Assembly (NCBI GenBank): GCA_947427385.1
Contig: CANEHT010000005.1
Coordinates: 3,347-67,346 of the forward strand
DNA from: an uncultured Clostridia bacterium
GTDB taxonomy: Bacteria > Bacillota > Clostridia > Lachnospirales > CAMVHY01
Length of the DNA stretch: 64,000 bases
Reading direction: 5' to 3'
The notes below the pieces were generated by a model, which searched no databases, was not told where the DNA came from, and saw only the letters and a list, made by a program, of their open reading frames with translations. Below, in pieces: positions 30,563 to 41,117 of this stretch. Numbering within the stretch: position 1 is the first letter of the stretch; every line of letters begins with the position of its first letter. The position numbers and the translations under genes are program-made.

Positions 30563-31306
30563 TTATTTTGTTTGCATTCCGTATATCTCTTTCAATTGTC
30601 GTGTATAATTTTTATCATCATCGTAAATAATTAACGGCGGCAAAATTTTCAACATACTTTTTGAACTTTTAATACCCTCAATTAAAACCAATTGAGATGG
30701 TAAATTAATAAATGAATGTACAATTTGTAAAGTTTTTGGTTCTAAATTAAATTTTCGCATAAAATAAAAAATATCTGTCAACCTTTGCGGACGATTCACC
30801 ATAAAAAATTTACCACCATTTTTTAAAATAGTAGCAGCATTTGAAATTACATCCGTAAGATTACACAAAATTTCGTGGCGTGCAATAGCTTTCGCCATAT
30901 TTTTATTTATTATTCCCGAATTTAAATATGGCGGATTTGTAACTACAACGTCAAATTTATTTTTATAATTTTGTCCAATATTTTTGATATCAGCATGAAT
31001 AATTTCAATTTTATCTTGCAAATTGTTGAGCAAAATATTTCGTCTTGCTAAATCAACGCATTCATTTTGAATTTCCAAACCAACAATTTTTTTGACATTT
31101 AATTTTGCCGCTAAAAGAATACATATGACGCCATTACCACAACCAAAGTCGATAATGGTGTCATTTTTTTTAGCATGCACAAAATTTGCTAACAAAACGG
31201 AATCAAGTCCGAAACAAAATTTTTGTGGATCTTGAATAATTTTGTAATTACTGAAGTTCAAATTATCTAATCTTTCATTTTTATTGATAAAAAAATTTTC
31301 TGACAT
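30563..31306 (-). CDS. SAM-dependent N6-adenine methyltransferase, tRNA1(Val) m6A37 (YfiC/TrmN6)-like
   Basis: SAM motif DFGCGNG and catalytic TNPPY. The start at the internal Met (MSENFF) is preferred over the track start at 31330. Confidence 0.75.
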   Translation of the reverse strand: MSENFFINKNERLDNLNFSNYKIIQDPQKFCFGLDSVLLANFVHAKKNDTIIDFGCGNGVICILLAAKLNVKKIVGLEIQNECVDLARRNILLNNLQDKIEIIHADIKNIGQNYKNKFDVVVTNPPYLNSGIINKNMAKAIARHEILCNLTDVISNAATILKNGGKFFMVNRPQRLTDIFYFMRKFNLEPKTLQIVHSFINLPSQLVLIEGIKSSKSMLKILPPLIIYDDDKNYTRQLKEIYGMQTK

Positions 31307-31376
31307 AAAAAAAATAATCAACCCAATCATTTTCGTAATTAGGTTAATTATTATTTAAACGTTTTATTTTGTCAAG

Positions 31377-32762
31377 TTAATTTTTTTGTTTTTTCTCATA
31401 AAATGATAACATTAAACAAATTATTAAGCAAATAAAAGCTGACGTTCCCCAAAAAATAATCGCACCTTGCCAACCTAAATTATCTACCATGTAACCTGTT
31501 CCAACAGCTGATAATGTTGCACCAATATATCCAAATAAGCCCGTAAAACCAATCGAAGCTGAGGCAACTTTTTTAGAACTACTTTCAACTGCGCAAATTC
31601 CACCGATTAACATTTGCGGGCCAGCCGTAAACATTCCAACCAATGCAACACAAATGAAATCTAAAATGCCACCTTTAGCAATTGCAAGTCCAACCAAACT
31701 TATCATTAAACCAACCAAAAATAATATATTAACGAGCGTTCGGTTACCTTTGAAAACTTTATCGGAAAGAATTCCAGCTAATATTGTACCAAATGCACCA
31801 ACAATAGCTAATGAACTTAATTTTGATGTTGCAAGTGTAAGTGAATTACCTTTTACTTCAACAAGATATTTAACAAGCCAATCTTCCGTTCCAAATCTAA
31901 CTATATAAACAAAAACGTAAGCTATTGCCAGCATCCATATAACAGGATTGCAAATAATATGCTTTTTAAATATTTCAAAGTAAGAAAGATTTGCCTCTTC
32001 ATCTTCAGAATTATTTTTTGCTGCCGGTTCATTTTTATATTCTTCAACTTCTGGTAAACCTAAAGTTTGCGGCTTATCACGTAATCTATCAAACAACCAA
32101 AAACCAGTGATAATACAAAGTATTCCGGGGATCCAAAAAGCTGTATGCCAACCAAATTTGTCAATTACAAGCCCTGAAATCATAACAGCGGCAAAAACAC
32201 CAACTTGATGCGAGGTTGACCAAATAGCCCATTTTGTAGCGCGTTCAGAATTAGAAAACCAATATGACAAACTTTTTGCGACTGGCGGGAAACCCATTGA
32301 CTGAAACCAACCATTTGCGCCCCAAAAAAAGCAAAAGAACCACAATAAAATAGTTGAAGAAGGTAAACCGAAAAAAGATATTTGTCCCGGAGTTATAAAG
32401 AAAGCTGAAAGAGCAAAACAAATATTACAAATAGCGGAAGCGATTAATGCAGTAGGTAAAAATGTTCTAACATTTGACTTGTCGGCGAGGATACCATTTA
32501 CAAATTTTCCGATACCATAAGTTATGTATAAGGATGAACCTAAGAGTCCAAGATTCGTATTGGAAAAGTTTAAAGCTTTTGCCATAGCAGGTAAAGCTAC
32601 AGCGATATTTTTTCTGCAAACATGAAACATAACATACGCGATATAGCTAGAGTAAAAGATTTGCCATCTGTAACGGTTATACATTTGGTCAACTTTTTTT
32701 TCATCTTTAATTAATTCTTTAGCCGGTGGTTCTTTAAAAAAATTAATAAAAGCATTTGACAT
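31377..32762 (-). CDS. MFS organophosphate:phosphate antiporter (GlpT/UhpC family)
   Basis: 12 TM segments and a GlpT/UhpT-type N-terminus (YNRYRWQIFYSSYIAYVMFHVCRKN). Confidence 0.8.
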   Translation of the reverse strand: MSNAFINFFKEPPAKELIKDEKKVDQMYNRYRWQIFYSSYIAYVMFHVCRKNIAVALPAMAKALNFSNTNLGLLGSSLYITYGIGKFVNGILADKSNVRTFLPTALIASAICNICFALSAFFITPGQISFFGLPSSTILLWFFCFFWGANGWFQSMGFPPVAKSLSYWFSNSERATKWAIWSTSHQVGVFAAVMISGLVIDKFGWHTAFWIPGILCIITGFWLFDRLRDKPQTLGLPEVEEYKNEPAAKNNSEDEEANLSYFEIFKKHIICNPVIWMLAIAYVFVYIVRFGTEDWLVKYLVEVKGNSLTLATSKLSSLAIVGAFGTILAGILSDKVFKGNRTLVNILFLVGLMISLVGLAIAKGGILDFICVALVGMFTAGPQMLIGGICAVESSSKKVASASIGFTGLFGYIGATLSAVGTGYMVDNLGWQGAIIFWGTSAFICLIICLMLSFYEKKQKN

Positions 32763-32794
32763 AACAACCTACTCCTTTTAAAATTTTTTATTTA

Positions 32795-34240
32795 TCAAAC
32801 AAATTCATTAAGCAAAGAATTTTTAACGTGTAATAAATCATTTGACAAATCGACAGGCATAATTTCCGGATTAACAATTCGTTTATATTCGTCCCACAAA
32901 GTATCGAGTTGCGAACTACAATAATTTTTAATCTGTAAAACGCTTGGGAAATCATAAACTTTTTTGCCATTCAAAATAATTGGTGTCAACATTTTACGAA
33001 CGGTATAAGAATTTTTTTGAAAGGTCATTTTTTTCCATGGCGCATTTGAATCAAATATAGTCAAATCATTATCCGTAGAAAATTTTTCGTCGTACAAACC
33101 TAACAAATCTGCCTTAATTTTATTTGATTTATTTTCATAAATTCTAAAAATTTGTTTGAAACATGGCGTACTTATTTTTTCAGGATTTTCTGAAATTTTA
33201 ATTTTAGGTTGCATCACTCCATTTTCATTTTCTATGGCAACTAATTTATAGACGCCACCAAGTGAAGGATTTGTATCAGCCGTAATTAATTTTGTACCAA
33301 TCCCCCACGTATTTATTTTTGCATCTTGTGGTTTTAACGCAGAAATTAAATTTTCATCTAAATCATTTGAAACAACAATATCGGCATCGAATAAATTTTC
33401 ATTGTCAAGCATTTTACGAATTTCTTTTGTGAGATATGCGAAGTCCCCACTATCCAAACGTACACCAAATTTCTTTGGTTTAATTCCTTTTTGAAACATT
33501 TCTTTAAAAACTTTAATCGCATTCAAAATGCCCGACTTCAAAGTATTATAAGTATCAATAAGTAAAATACAGTTGTCGGGAAATTGCCGTGCATATTCGC
33601 AAAATGCCTCATACTCACTCGGAAAACTCATTATCCAACTATGCGAATGAGTTCCGCTCACAGGAATATCAAAAAGTTTTGCCGCCAATACATTACTCGT
33701 TGCATCAAATCCACCAATAATACTTGCGCGTGTACCAAAAATTGCTGCATCAGGAGCTTGTGCACGGCGTAAACCAAATTCAAAAATTACATCATTGCCA
33801 ACAGCTTGCCTAATTCGTGCAGCTTTAGTTGCTATTAAAGTTTGATGGTTAATAATATTAAGTAAAGCGGATTCTAAAAATTGAGCTTGTATGATTGGCG
33901 CTCTTACTATTAATAATGGTTCATTTGGGAAAACTAAATCACCTTCTTTTACCGCAAAAATATCACCGGTAAATTTAAAATGACGAAGATAATTCAAAAA
34001 ATCATTAGTAAAACAATTTTGGGAAGCTAAAAAATTTATATCGTCATCTGAAAAATTTATATTTAAAATGTAATCAATAGCTTGCTGGAGGCCAGCAGAT
34101 ATTATGTAGCCATTACCGAAAGGATTTTTCCGGCAATATAAATCGAAAATAGAAATTCTTTCAGACATACCACTTAAAAAAAATCCTTGCATCATAGTTA
34201 ATTCATAGAAATCAGTTAAGAGTGACAAATTTTTTTCCAT
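32795..34240 (-). CDS. pncB: Nicotinate phosphoribosyltransferase
   Basis: ~480 aa with an NAPRTase pattern (LTDFYELTM..., GTHSHSW). Confidence 0.9.
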   Translation of the reverse strand: MEKNLSLLTDFYELTMMQGFFLSGMSERISIFDLYCRKNPFGNGYIISAGLQQAIDYILNINFSDDDINFLASQNCFTNDFLNYLRHFKFTGDIFAVKEGDLVFPNEPLLIVRAPIIQAQFLESALLNIINHQTLIATKAARIRQAVGNDVIFEFGLRRAQAPDAAIFGTRASIIGGFDATSNVLAAKLFDIPVSGTHSHSWIMSFPSEYEAFCEYARQFPDNCILLIDTYNTLKSGILNAIKVFKEMFQKGIKPKKFGVRLDSGDFAYLTKEIRKMLDNENLFDADIVVSNDLDENLISALKPQDAKINTWGIGTKLITADTNPSLGGVYKLVAIENENGVMQPKIKISENPEKISTPCFKQIFRIYENKSNKIKADLLGLYDEKFSTDNDLTIFDSNAPWKKMTFQKNSYTVRKMLTPIILNGKKVYDFPSVLQIKNYCSSQLDTLWDEYKRIVNPEIMPVDLSNDLLHVKNSLLNEFV

Positions 34241-34254
34241 AATAATACTCCTAA

Positions 34255-34911
34255 TTAATTGAAAAAATTTTTTGCGCCCATTATTGTTGGCACATCTCCA
34301 TTTATAATTGTATTAATAAGTGGGATTTTTTTTCGGAAGGTAATTTGTTTTCTTATTATTGGATTAACGACTTGGCAAAAAAATTTTACATCTAACCAAA
34401 TTTGAAAATTAGTTTGATTAATACCGGCACTAATAAATTTTGATTCGTAATCAATTAAAGCGTTACCATTAGGCATCATTTTAATAGTAATAGATGGACC
34501 CATAAAGTTAAAGAAATTAATACCGCAAAGAGATGAGATAATAGCACCGATAGGAATTTTAATAGAATTAGTCCCTAAATTTAAGAATTCATTAGGGATT
34601 GAGATAGCTAATTGCGAACAAAATTCATTAATTAAAATAGTGTTAGCAGATAAGGAAATAATTTTGCCATCTTCTACATTTATATTACAAAAATTATCGG
34701 AAGTCAAACAGTTTTTTGTGGTAAGTTGTGAGACAGCATGATGGATTGCCAAATTAATTTGATTATTGATAATGAATTTAGATTCAATGATAGCGGACTC
34801 CATAAGGAATTTATCAGTAATAAAGATGAAGTAGATTAACAAAATTATTACAGATAAAGAAAAAAGTTTGAGGAGAGGGAATTTTTTTTTTGAACGAAAA
34901 TAATATTTCAT
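34255..34911 (-). CDS. yunB: Sporulation protein YunB
   Basis: N-terminal TM anchor, ~220 aa, YunB-like sequence. Confidence 0.7.
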   Translation of the reverse strand: MKYYFRSKKKFPLLKLFSLSVIILLIYFIFITDKFLMESAIIESKFIINNQINLAIHHAVSQLTTKNCLTSDNFCNINVEDGKIISLSANTILINEFCSQLAISIPNEFLNLGTNSIKIPIGAIISSLCGINFFNFMGPSITIKMMPNGNALIDYESKFISAGINQTNFQIWLDVKFFCQVVNPIIRKQITFRKKIPLINTIINGDVPTIMGAKNFFN

Positions 34912-35016
34912 AGAATTATTTTATTCAAAAAAGATTCCGTCAAGACTCAAACTTATAAATTTTTTCTTTTGATATATTAATTTTAAATTACTTGTTCGGT
35001 TGAAATTTCTTCATGA

Positions 35017-35056
35017 TAATAAAAAAATCATAATCTCAGCAAAAGAAATTATGATT
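35017..35056 (-). terminator. Rho-independent terminator after pnp
   Basis: On the minus strand: AAATCATAAT - 13-nt loop - ATTATGATTT followed by a T-run. The left arm includes the pnp stop codon. Confidence 0.6.
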
Positions 35057-37160
35057 TTATATCTGGCTTAGGTAACAAATCTTTTCGCGAAAGATTTATT
35101 CGACCCTGCTCATCAATATTTAAAACTTTAACCAAGATTACATCGCCAATTTTTACTGCGTCCTCAACTTTTTTAATTCGCTCGTGCGATAATTTTGAGA
35201 TATGAATGAGCCCTTCCTTATCAGGTGCAAATTCAACAAACGCACCGAAATTTGTTATTTTAGTAACTTTAGCAGAAAAAATTTGTCCAGGCAATGGATC
35301 TTTAATGATTGCATTAATTATGTCTGAAGCTTTTTGAACTTTATTGATATCAGAGGATGCAATAAAAATTCTACCATCATCTTCAGTATCAATTTTATCA
35401 ACGCCGGATTCATCAATAATTCGACGAATAGTTTTGCCGCGCGGTCCGATAACATCCGCCATTTTTTCAATATCAATTTTTAATTTAGCAATTTTAGGAG
35501 CATATTCAGAAATATTTTCACGTGGTTTGTCAATACATTTTTGCATAACTTCGTCCAAAATATAATTTCTGGCAATGTGAGTTTTTTCGAGTGCACCCTT
35601 AATAATTTGTGGCGTAAGCCCATTAATTTTTATGTCCATTTGAATTGCTGTTATTCCATCTTTTGTACCGGCAACTTTAAAATCCATATCGCCAAAAAAA
35701 TCTTCAAGCCCTTGTATATCTGTAAGCAAAATAAAATTATCTTCGCTTTGACCAGTTACAAGTCCAACAGAAATTCCAGCAACAGGTTTTTTAATAGGAA
35801 CACCTGCCGCCATTAGTGACAAAGAACTTGCACAAACACTAGCTTGAGATGTTGAACCATTTGAACTTAAAACTTCCGAAACCAATCGTATAGCATATGG
35901 GAATTCATCTTCAGATGGAATAACCGGCAAAAGTGCACGCTCAGCTAATGCACCATGACCAATTTCGCGACGTCCGGGACCACGCGACGGACGAGTTTCG
36001 CCAACAGAAAAGCTTGGAAAATTATAATGATGCATGTAACGTTTATTTTCCTCCAAAATATCCAAGCCATCTAAAACTTGTGCGTCAGACATCGAACCCA
36101 AAGTTGTTACCGTTAAAACTTGTGTTTGACCACGACTAAATAATGCGGAACCATGCGTGCGAGAAAGAACATCAATTTCCGCCGAAAGTTTTCGTATTTC
36201 ATCTAAAGCGCGCCCATCTGGACGTTTATGATGCACAAGAATCATTTTACGGACAGTTTCCTTTTGAAATTTATACAAAACCTCAGCCAACAATTTATCA
36301 TAATTTTCCGTATCATAAGGAATATTTTCTTTTATTTGCGCGAAAATTTCCATAAGATGCTGACTTCTTTCCTGCTTCGATTTTGCGAACAAAATATCTG
36401 ACATTTTTTCTTCAGTAACAAAATTTTTTACAGCTTCGTAAAAATCTTTTGGTACATCAATTGGCGAATAAACTTGTTTTATTTTGCCACATTCTTCAAC
36501 GATTTGTTCAATAAAGTTTACAATTTTTTTATTTTCTTCGTGCGCGAACATAATTGCGTTGTACATATCTTCATCAGAAACTTCCTTAGCGCCCGCTTCA
36601 ATCATCATAACTTTATTTTTTGTAGATGCAACGGTTAATGCCAAATCACTTATTTCACGCTGTGCAGCTGTTGGATTGACAACAAATTTTTTATCAATCA
36701 AACCAATATTTACACCGGAAATAATTTCTTCAAATGGAATATCGGAAATTGACAAGGCAATCGACGCGCCAATCATTGAAGCAATTTCTGGCGAGCAATC
36801 TTGATCCACTGACAAAACAGTTGCCACAATAGCAACATCGTTTCGATAATTTTTTGGGAAAAGCGGACGAATTGGTCTGTCAATTAAACGTGAAGTAAGG
36901 ATAGCTTTTTCAGTTGGACGTCCTTCACGTTTAATAAAACCGCCGGGAATTTTTCCGACGGAATATAAACGTTCTTCATAATCGACACTAAGTGGGAAAA
37001 AATCGATACCATCGCGAGGTTTTTCAGAAGCAGTAGCGGTAACCAAAACGTTAGTATCGCCATATCTGACGATAGCACTGCCATTTGCCAATTCAGCGAC
37101 GCGACCAATTTCAACAACTAAATCACGACCGCCAAAATTAATTTTAAAAGTTTTGTACAT
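35049..37160 (-). CDS. pnp: Polyribonucleotide nucleotidyltransferase (PNPase)
   Basis: Two RNase PH domains plus KH and S1 domains, ~700 aa, downstream of rpsO. Confidence 0.97.
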   Translation of the reverse strand: MYKTFKINFGGRDLVVEIGRVAELANGSAIVRYGDTNVLVTATASEKPRDGIDFFPLSVDYEERLYSVGKIPGGFIKREGRPTEKAILTSRLIDRPIRPLFPKNYRNDVAIVATVLSVDQDCSPEIASMIGASIALSISDIPFEEIISGVNIGLIDKKFVVNPTAAQREISDLALTVASTKNKVMMIEAGAKEVSDEDMYNAIMFAHEENKKIVNFIEQIVEECGKIKQVYSPIDVPKDFYEAVKNFVTEEKMSDILFAKSKQERSQHLMEIFAQIKENIPYDTENYDKLLAEVLYKFQKETVRKMILVHHKRPDGRALDEIRKLSAEIDVLSRTHGSALFSRGQTQVLTVTTLGSMSDAQVLDGLDILEENKRYMHHYNFPSFSVGETRPSRGPGRREIGHGALAERALLPVIPSEDEFPYAIRLVSEVLSSNGSTSQASVCASSLSLMAAGVPIKKPVAGISVGLVTGQSEDNFILLTDIQGLEDFFGDMDFKVAGTKDGITAIQMDIKINGLTPQIIKGALEKTHIARNYILDEVMQKCIDKPRENISEYAPKIAKLKIDIEKMADVIGPRGKTIRRIIDESGVDKIDTEDDGRIFIASSDINKVQKASDIINAIIKDPLPGQIFSAKVTKITNFGAFVEFAPDKEGLIHISKLSHERIKKVEDAVKIGDVILVKVLNIDEQGRINLSRKDLLPKPDIKS

Positions 37161-37169
37161 AATTATGCC

Positions 37170-37427
37170 CTACTTTCTCAGACCTAATTTAGCAATTAGC
37201 TCGCGATATTCATCAATATCTCGGTTTTTGATGTAATTTAATAAAGCTTTGCGTTTGCCAACCATTTTTAACAAACCACGTCGTGAATGAAAATCTTTGG
37301 CATGAACTTTAAAATGTTCTGTCAAATGATTTATCCTAGCGGTAAGTAAAGCGACTTGGACAGCCGGAGAACCTGTATCATTTTCAGTTTGTCCAAAACT
37401 TGAAATAATTTCTTGCTTGTTAATCAT
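37170..37427 (-). CDS. rpsO: 30S ribosomal protein S15
   Basis: S15 sequence (TGSPEVQVALLT..I..L..H). The ATG at 37427 lies 8 nt after GGAGG, and the track start (TTG at 37442) overlaps that SD. Confidence 0.95.
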   Translation of the reverse strand: MINKQEIISSFGQTENDTGSPAVQVALLTARINHLTEHFKVHAKDFHSRRGLLKMVGKRKALLNYIKNRDIDEYRELIAKLGLRK

Positions 37428-37549
37428 AAAAAATTCCTCCAAAAAAAATATTAGCCATAAGCCGTAAAAATGGACGCAACCCCAAATTCACAGTTTAGGT
37501 ATCGGCAATATGATAGCACACAGTAAAAAAATTTTCAAATTAAAATTTT

Positions 37550-38428
37550 TTATTCCAAAAATTTAATTTCAGTTTCGAGCGCCACATCAAATTTATCCTT
37601 CACAACTTTTTGAATGTGATGAATCAAATCCAAAACATTTTGAGCTGTCGCATTTCCCGTATTAATAATAAATCCGCAATGTTTTGAGGAAACGCACGCG
37701 CCACCAATTTTATAATCAGCAAGATTAGCTTCCATAATTAATTTGCCTGCGAAATTATTTTTGGGACGTTTGAAAATACTGCCGGCATTAGGAAAATTTA
37801 ATGGCTGCGAATTTCGACGCTTCAATGAAAATTCATTCATTTTTTTTTGTATTTCATCATGATTTCCATTTTGCAATTTTATTTTTGCTGAAAGCACAAC
37901 ATAATTTTCGTCAATCAAACTTTTCCGATATGAAAAATTCAAATCGTTATAAGTTTTTATTTGGCCATCATGTAAAATTTGTGCGGACACAAAAACATCT
38001 TTTATTTCGCCGCCATAAGCTCCAGCATTCATACAAATTGCGCCACCCAAAGTTCCTGGAATACCGAATGCGAATTCAAGTCCTGACAAATTATTTTTAA
38101 GTGCAAACTTTGCGAGATGGCTCAAAAAAATTCCACTTCCAGCTTCAATTTCATTTCCATTTAAATTTATTTGCGAAATATTTTTACCGATTTTAATTAT
38201 CACGCCACGAAAACCATTATCGGAAACAAGTAAATTTGTACCGTTGCCAATGACAAAATATCGGATAGAATTTTTTTTACAAAAATCAATTACAGATACA
38301 ATGTCGGAAATTTTTTGCGGTAAAAATAAAATATCAGCAGGCCCACCAATTTTAAATGAAGTATGATTTTTCATCGGCTCATTAATTAATATTTGTTGAG
38401 GAAAATTTTCTTCAAAAAACTTTTGCAT
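37550..38428 (-). CDS. murB: UDP-N-acetylenolpyruvoylglucosamine reductase
   Basis: FAD-binding PCMH domain, MurB C-terminal domain, and an RBS (AAGGAG) 8 nt before the ATG at 38428. Confidence 0.9.
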   Translation of the reverse strand: MQKFFEENFPQQILINEPMKNHTSFKIGGPADILFLPQKISDIVSVIDFCKKNSIRYFVIGNGTNLLVSDNGFRGVIIKIGKNISQINLNGNEIEAGSGIFLSHLAKFALKNNLSGLEFAFGIPGTLGGAICMNAGAYGGEIKDVFVSAQILHDGQIKTYNDLNFSYRKSLIDENYVVLSAKIKLQNGNHDEIQKKMNEFSLKRRNSQPLNFPNAGSIFKRPKNNFAGKLIMEANLADYKIGGACVSSKHCGFIINTGNATAQNVLDLIHHIQKVVKDKFDVALETEIKFLE

Positions 38429-38499
38429 TTTATCAACTCCTTTTTTGTTCATTATAACTTTATATTGCAAAAAAATATCCGGAACTTGTCCGGATTTTT

Positions 38500-38769
38500 T
38501 TATCTTTCTTGCGTATGAGATGGAGAACTTTTTGGTATTTCTTCATTTGCATAATTTAATCTATCAAAAATGGAACGTCCATTAATTGTTTCAGTTAAAA
38601 ATTTTATCATAGCTTTTTGCTCTGCCTTAGGTGTATTATTCAAAATTTCTTTAGCTGTATCTTTTGCTTCACGTTGATTATCTCCAGAAAAATTTTTTTT
38701 TATCGCATTCTTTAAACGTTGCAAATATTTCTTCTCCATATTTTTTTCTTCCGTACTCATTAAAAACAT
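38500..38769 (-). CDS. Hypothetical small protein (~85-89 aa)
   Basis: AAGGAG upstream and a terminator hairpin (ATCCGGA / TCCGGAT) directly downstream. No motif was recognised. Confidence 0.45.
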   Translation of the reverse strand: MFLMSTEEKNMEKKYLQRLKNAIKKNFSGDNQREAKDTAKEILNNTPKAEQKAMIKFLTETINGRSIFDRLNYANEEIPKSSPSHTQER

Positions 38770-38878
38770 CAGCTCCTTGCATAATCTTATTTACATATTA
38801 ACATAAATGTAACAAAAAGTCAAATGTTTTTTCAAAAAATTTTGCCATATGAAAATAAAACTACAAACAACTTACAAA

Positions 38879-40369
38879 TTATTTACCGGAAGTAAAAAAT
38901 GAAACTAATACAATTGAAACAAATGCGAACAAAAATGCCGGCAACAATTCGTAAACATCAAATATACCACCAAGTGGCCGCACAAAAAATTTCCAAATAA
39001 AAACTGTCAAACTTCCTGTCAATAAACCGGCAATAATTCCATATTGATTGCTGCGTTTCCAAAATAGTGCACAAAACATTACGGGGCCAAACGTTGCACC
39101 AAATCCTGCCCATGCAAAAGATACAATTTGAAATACATTACTCTCTGGATTTGCCGCTAAAAAAATAGCAATCACTGCGATAACAACAACGGTTAAGCGC
39201 GCAGCAAAAACATTTTGCTTTTGAGACAATTTAAAGCCAAAAACATTTTGCAAAATATTTTCTGAAAACGCTGACGCCGCAGTTAATAATTGTGAATCTG
39301 CAGTCGACATCGTCGCTGCCAAAATTCCGGCTAAAATACATCCGGCGATTATCGAAGAAATAATTCCGTAGCGCGACAACAAATTTGCAAGTTGTACAAC
39401 AATTGTCTCAGCCGCACTACCTTTTAAAAACGGTAAATACCCAGCATCAGATAAAGCACGTCCAACAATTCCGATAATTAATGCGCCACTCATCGAAATT
39501 ATGGCCCAAAAAGTTGCAATACATCGCGACAATTTCAATTCATTTTCGTTGCGAATTGCCATAAAACGAACAAGGATGTGTGGCATTCCAAAATATCCGA
39601 GACTCCACGCCATTGTAGAAATTATCCGAATAAATCCGTAAGATTTTGAGCGAGCAGTTGAAAAATTGTAAGTGTCAAAGAAACTTAAAAAACCCGGCAA
39701 ATTTTTAGCATGATTGATAACAGAATTTAATCCTCCCGCACGAATAATTCCAAACGTAACGATAATTGCGAGTGCAATCGTCATTATTATTGATTGGACG
39801 AGATCGATTGTTGCTACGGCATTGAATCCACCAATGGACGTATAAATTATGATGACGAACGCAGCGATTATCACAGAAATAATGTAATTCCAACCGAATA
39901 AACTGTTAAATAATTTTCCGACGGCCGCTAAACCTGATGCAACATATGGAACGAAAAATATCAAAATAATTAGCGCGGAAATACACATAATAATCGGTCG
40001 CTTTTCATTGTAGCGCTTAGAAAAAAAATCGGGAATCGTTATCGCATTTAATTGTGCACTATATCGACGCAATGGTTTTGCTATCAACAAAAAATTTAAG
40101 TACGTTCCAATCGCTAAACCTATCGCGGTCCAACCGGCATCAGCTAATCCAGTTAAATATGCCAAACCGGGAATACCCATGAGTAAATAGCTGCTCATAT
40201 CACTAGCTTCGGCACTCATAGCTGTTACAAACGGCCCGATATTACGGCCACCAAGATAGAAACCTTCGGAATTTTTTTTCGTACACCGTCCAATTATTAC
40301 GCCAATAAATATTAACAAAAATAGATAAGAAATAATTGTAGCCATGATGCAAAATTGATTTGCTGTCAT
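38879..40369 (-). CDS. putP: Sodium:solute symporter (PutP/proline-type SSS family)
   Basis: ~13 TM segments and an SSF N-terminus (FYLGGR..GP...A.S..AS.MS). Confidence 0.8.
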   Translation of the reverse strand: MTANQFCIMATIISYLFLLIFIGVIIGRCTKKNSEGFYLGGRNIGPFVTAMSAEASDMSSYLLMGIPGLAYLTGLADAGWTAIGLAIGTYLNFLLIAKPLRRYSAQLNAITIPDFFSKRYNEKRPIIMCISALIILIFFVPYVASGLAAVGKLFNSLFGWNYIISVIIAAFVIIIYTSIGGFNAVATIDLVQSIIMTIALAIIVTFGIIRAGGLNSVINHAKNLPGFLSFFDTYNFSTARSKSYGFIRIISTMAWSLGYFGMPHILVRFMAIRNENELKLSRCIATFWAIISMSGALIIGIVGRALSDAGYLPFLKGSAAETIVVQLANLLSRYGIISSIIAGCILAGILAATMSTADSQLLTAASAFSENILQNVFGFKLSQKQNVFAARLTVVVIAVIAIFLAANPESNVFQIVSFAWAGFGATFGPVMFCALFWKRSNQYGIIAGLLTGSLTVFIWKFFVRPLGGIFDVYELLPAFLFAFVSIVLVSFFTSGK

Positions 40370-40469
40370 AATTTTCTCCTCGCTCCATTAAATATTTATT
40401 TATAGAAAAAAATTAGAGTTCGAATAAATCAATAATAATTGACAAAAAAAATATTTTATAAAATTATAC

Positions 40470-40498
40470 TTGACAAATAAAAATTTTAATATTAAAAT
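40470..40498 (+). promoter_or_regulatory. Sigma-A-type promoter for the XRE gene
   Basis: TTGACA, a 17-nt spacer, then TAAAAT, located about 50 nt upstream of the start codon. Confidence 0.5.
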
Positions 40499-40548
40499 AT
40501 AAACATAAGATTTATTTTTCAAAAAAATTATAAAAGGAGATTTAAAAA

Positions 40549-40746
40549 ATGAAAAATAAACTTTCTGAATTACGTAAAAAAAGTCGGATTACGCAAAAAA
40601 CTCTCTCTGAAGCTTTAAGCGTCTCCAGACAAACTATCAGTGCAATTGAAAATGGACATTATTCACCAACTTTAGGTCTGGCTTTCAGAATGTCAAAATA
40701 TTTTAAATTGCCAATAGAAAAAATCTTTACATACGAGACAAATTAA
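40549..40746 (+). CDS. XRE-family helix-turn-helix transcriptional regulator (65 aa)
   Basis: HTH_3 pattern (TQKTLSEALSVSRQTISAIENG), an RBS (AAGGAG), and a terminator-like hairpin downstream. Confidence 0.85.
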   Translation: MKNKLSELRKKSRITQKTLSEALSVSRQTISAIENGHYSPTLGLAFRMSKYFKLPIEKIFTYETN

Positions 40747-40933
40747 TTAATCAAATAATTTTAAAATGGTATCCATAAAGTTAAAATGACTTGCGGAATA
40801 CCATTTTTTTTATAAAATTTATTTCTTAATCTTTTATTTCAATTTTGATTTGTATTAGATAATGATTTGTACGTTTTTTTAATTTTTTTCGGTAAACTTT
40901 CAGCATTTTATAAGTGCTTATTGAATTTACTTA

Positions 40934-40962
40934 TTGACATTTTACAAAAAGTAATTCATAAT
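40934..40962 (+). promoter_or_regulatory. Sigma-A-type promoter of the aro operon leader
   Basis: TTGACA, a 17-nt spacer, then CATAAT. Confidence 0.5.
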
Positions 40963-40994
40963 AATAATAAATATTTTTTGTAGAGGTTTTCAAG

Positions 40995-41045
40995 ATGACA
41001 CATTTTGTTTTCAACGTATTTTATTATGTTTTGATAGTAAAATAG
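40995..41045 (+). promoter_or_regulatory. Candidate leader peptide ORF MTHFVFNVFYYVLIVK (3 Phe, 2 Tyr)
   Basis: AGAGG lies 8 nt upstream of the ATG. The ORF sits between the promoter and the leader terminator of an aromatic amino acid operon. Confidence 0.3.
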
Positions 41046-41087
41046 TCTGGCATACGTGAAAATAGATTGTATTAATCTTGATTTTAT

Positions 41088-41117
41088 GGTACAGATTACT
41101 TCTGTACCGTTTTTTTT
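41088..41117 (+). terminator. Leader (attenuator) terminator upstream of aroF
   Basis: Perfect 8-bp stem GGTACAGA / TCTGTACC with a 5-nt loop, followed by G and T8. It lies 73 nt before the aroF start. Confidence 0.7.

Noticed and set aside
40549-40746. A stand-alone 65-aa XRE regulator considered as the antitoxin of a toxin-antitoxin pair
   Set aside because: No partner ORF is present on either side. Downstream there is a terminator followed by the aro leader, and upstream lies the divergent putP gene. There is therefore no evidence for a TA module.
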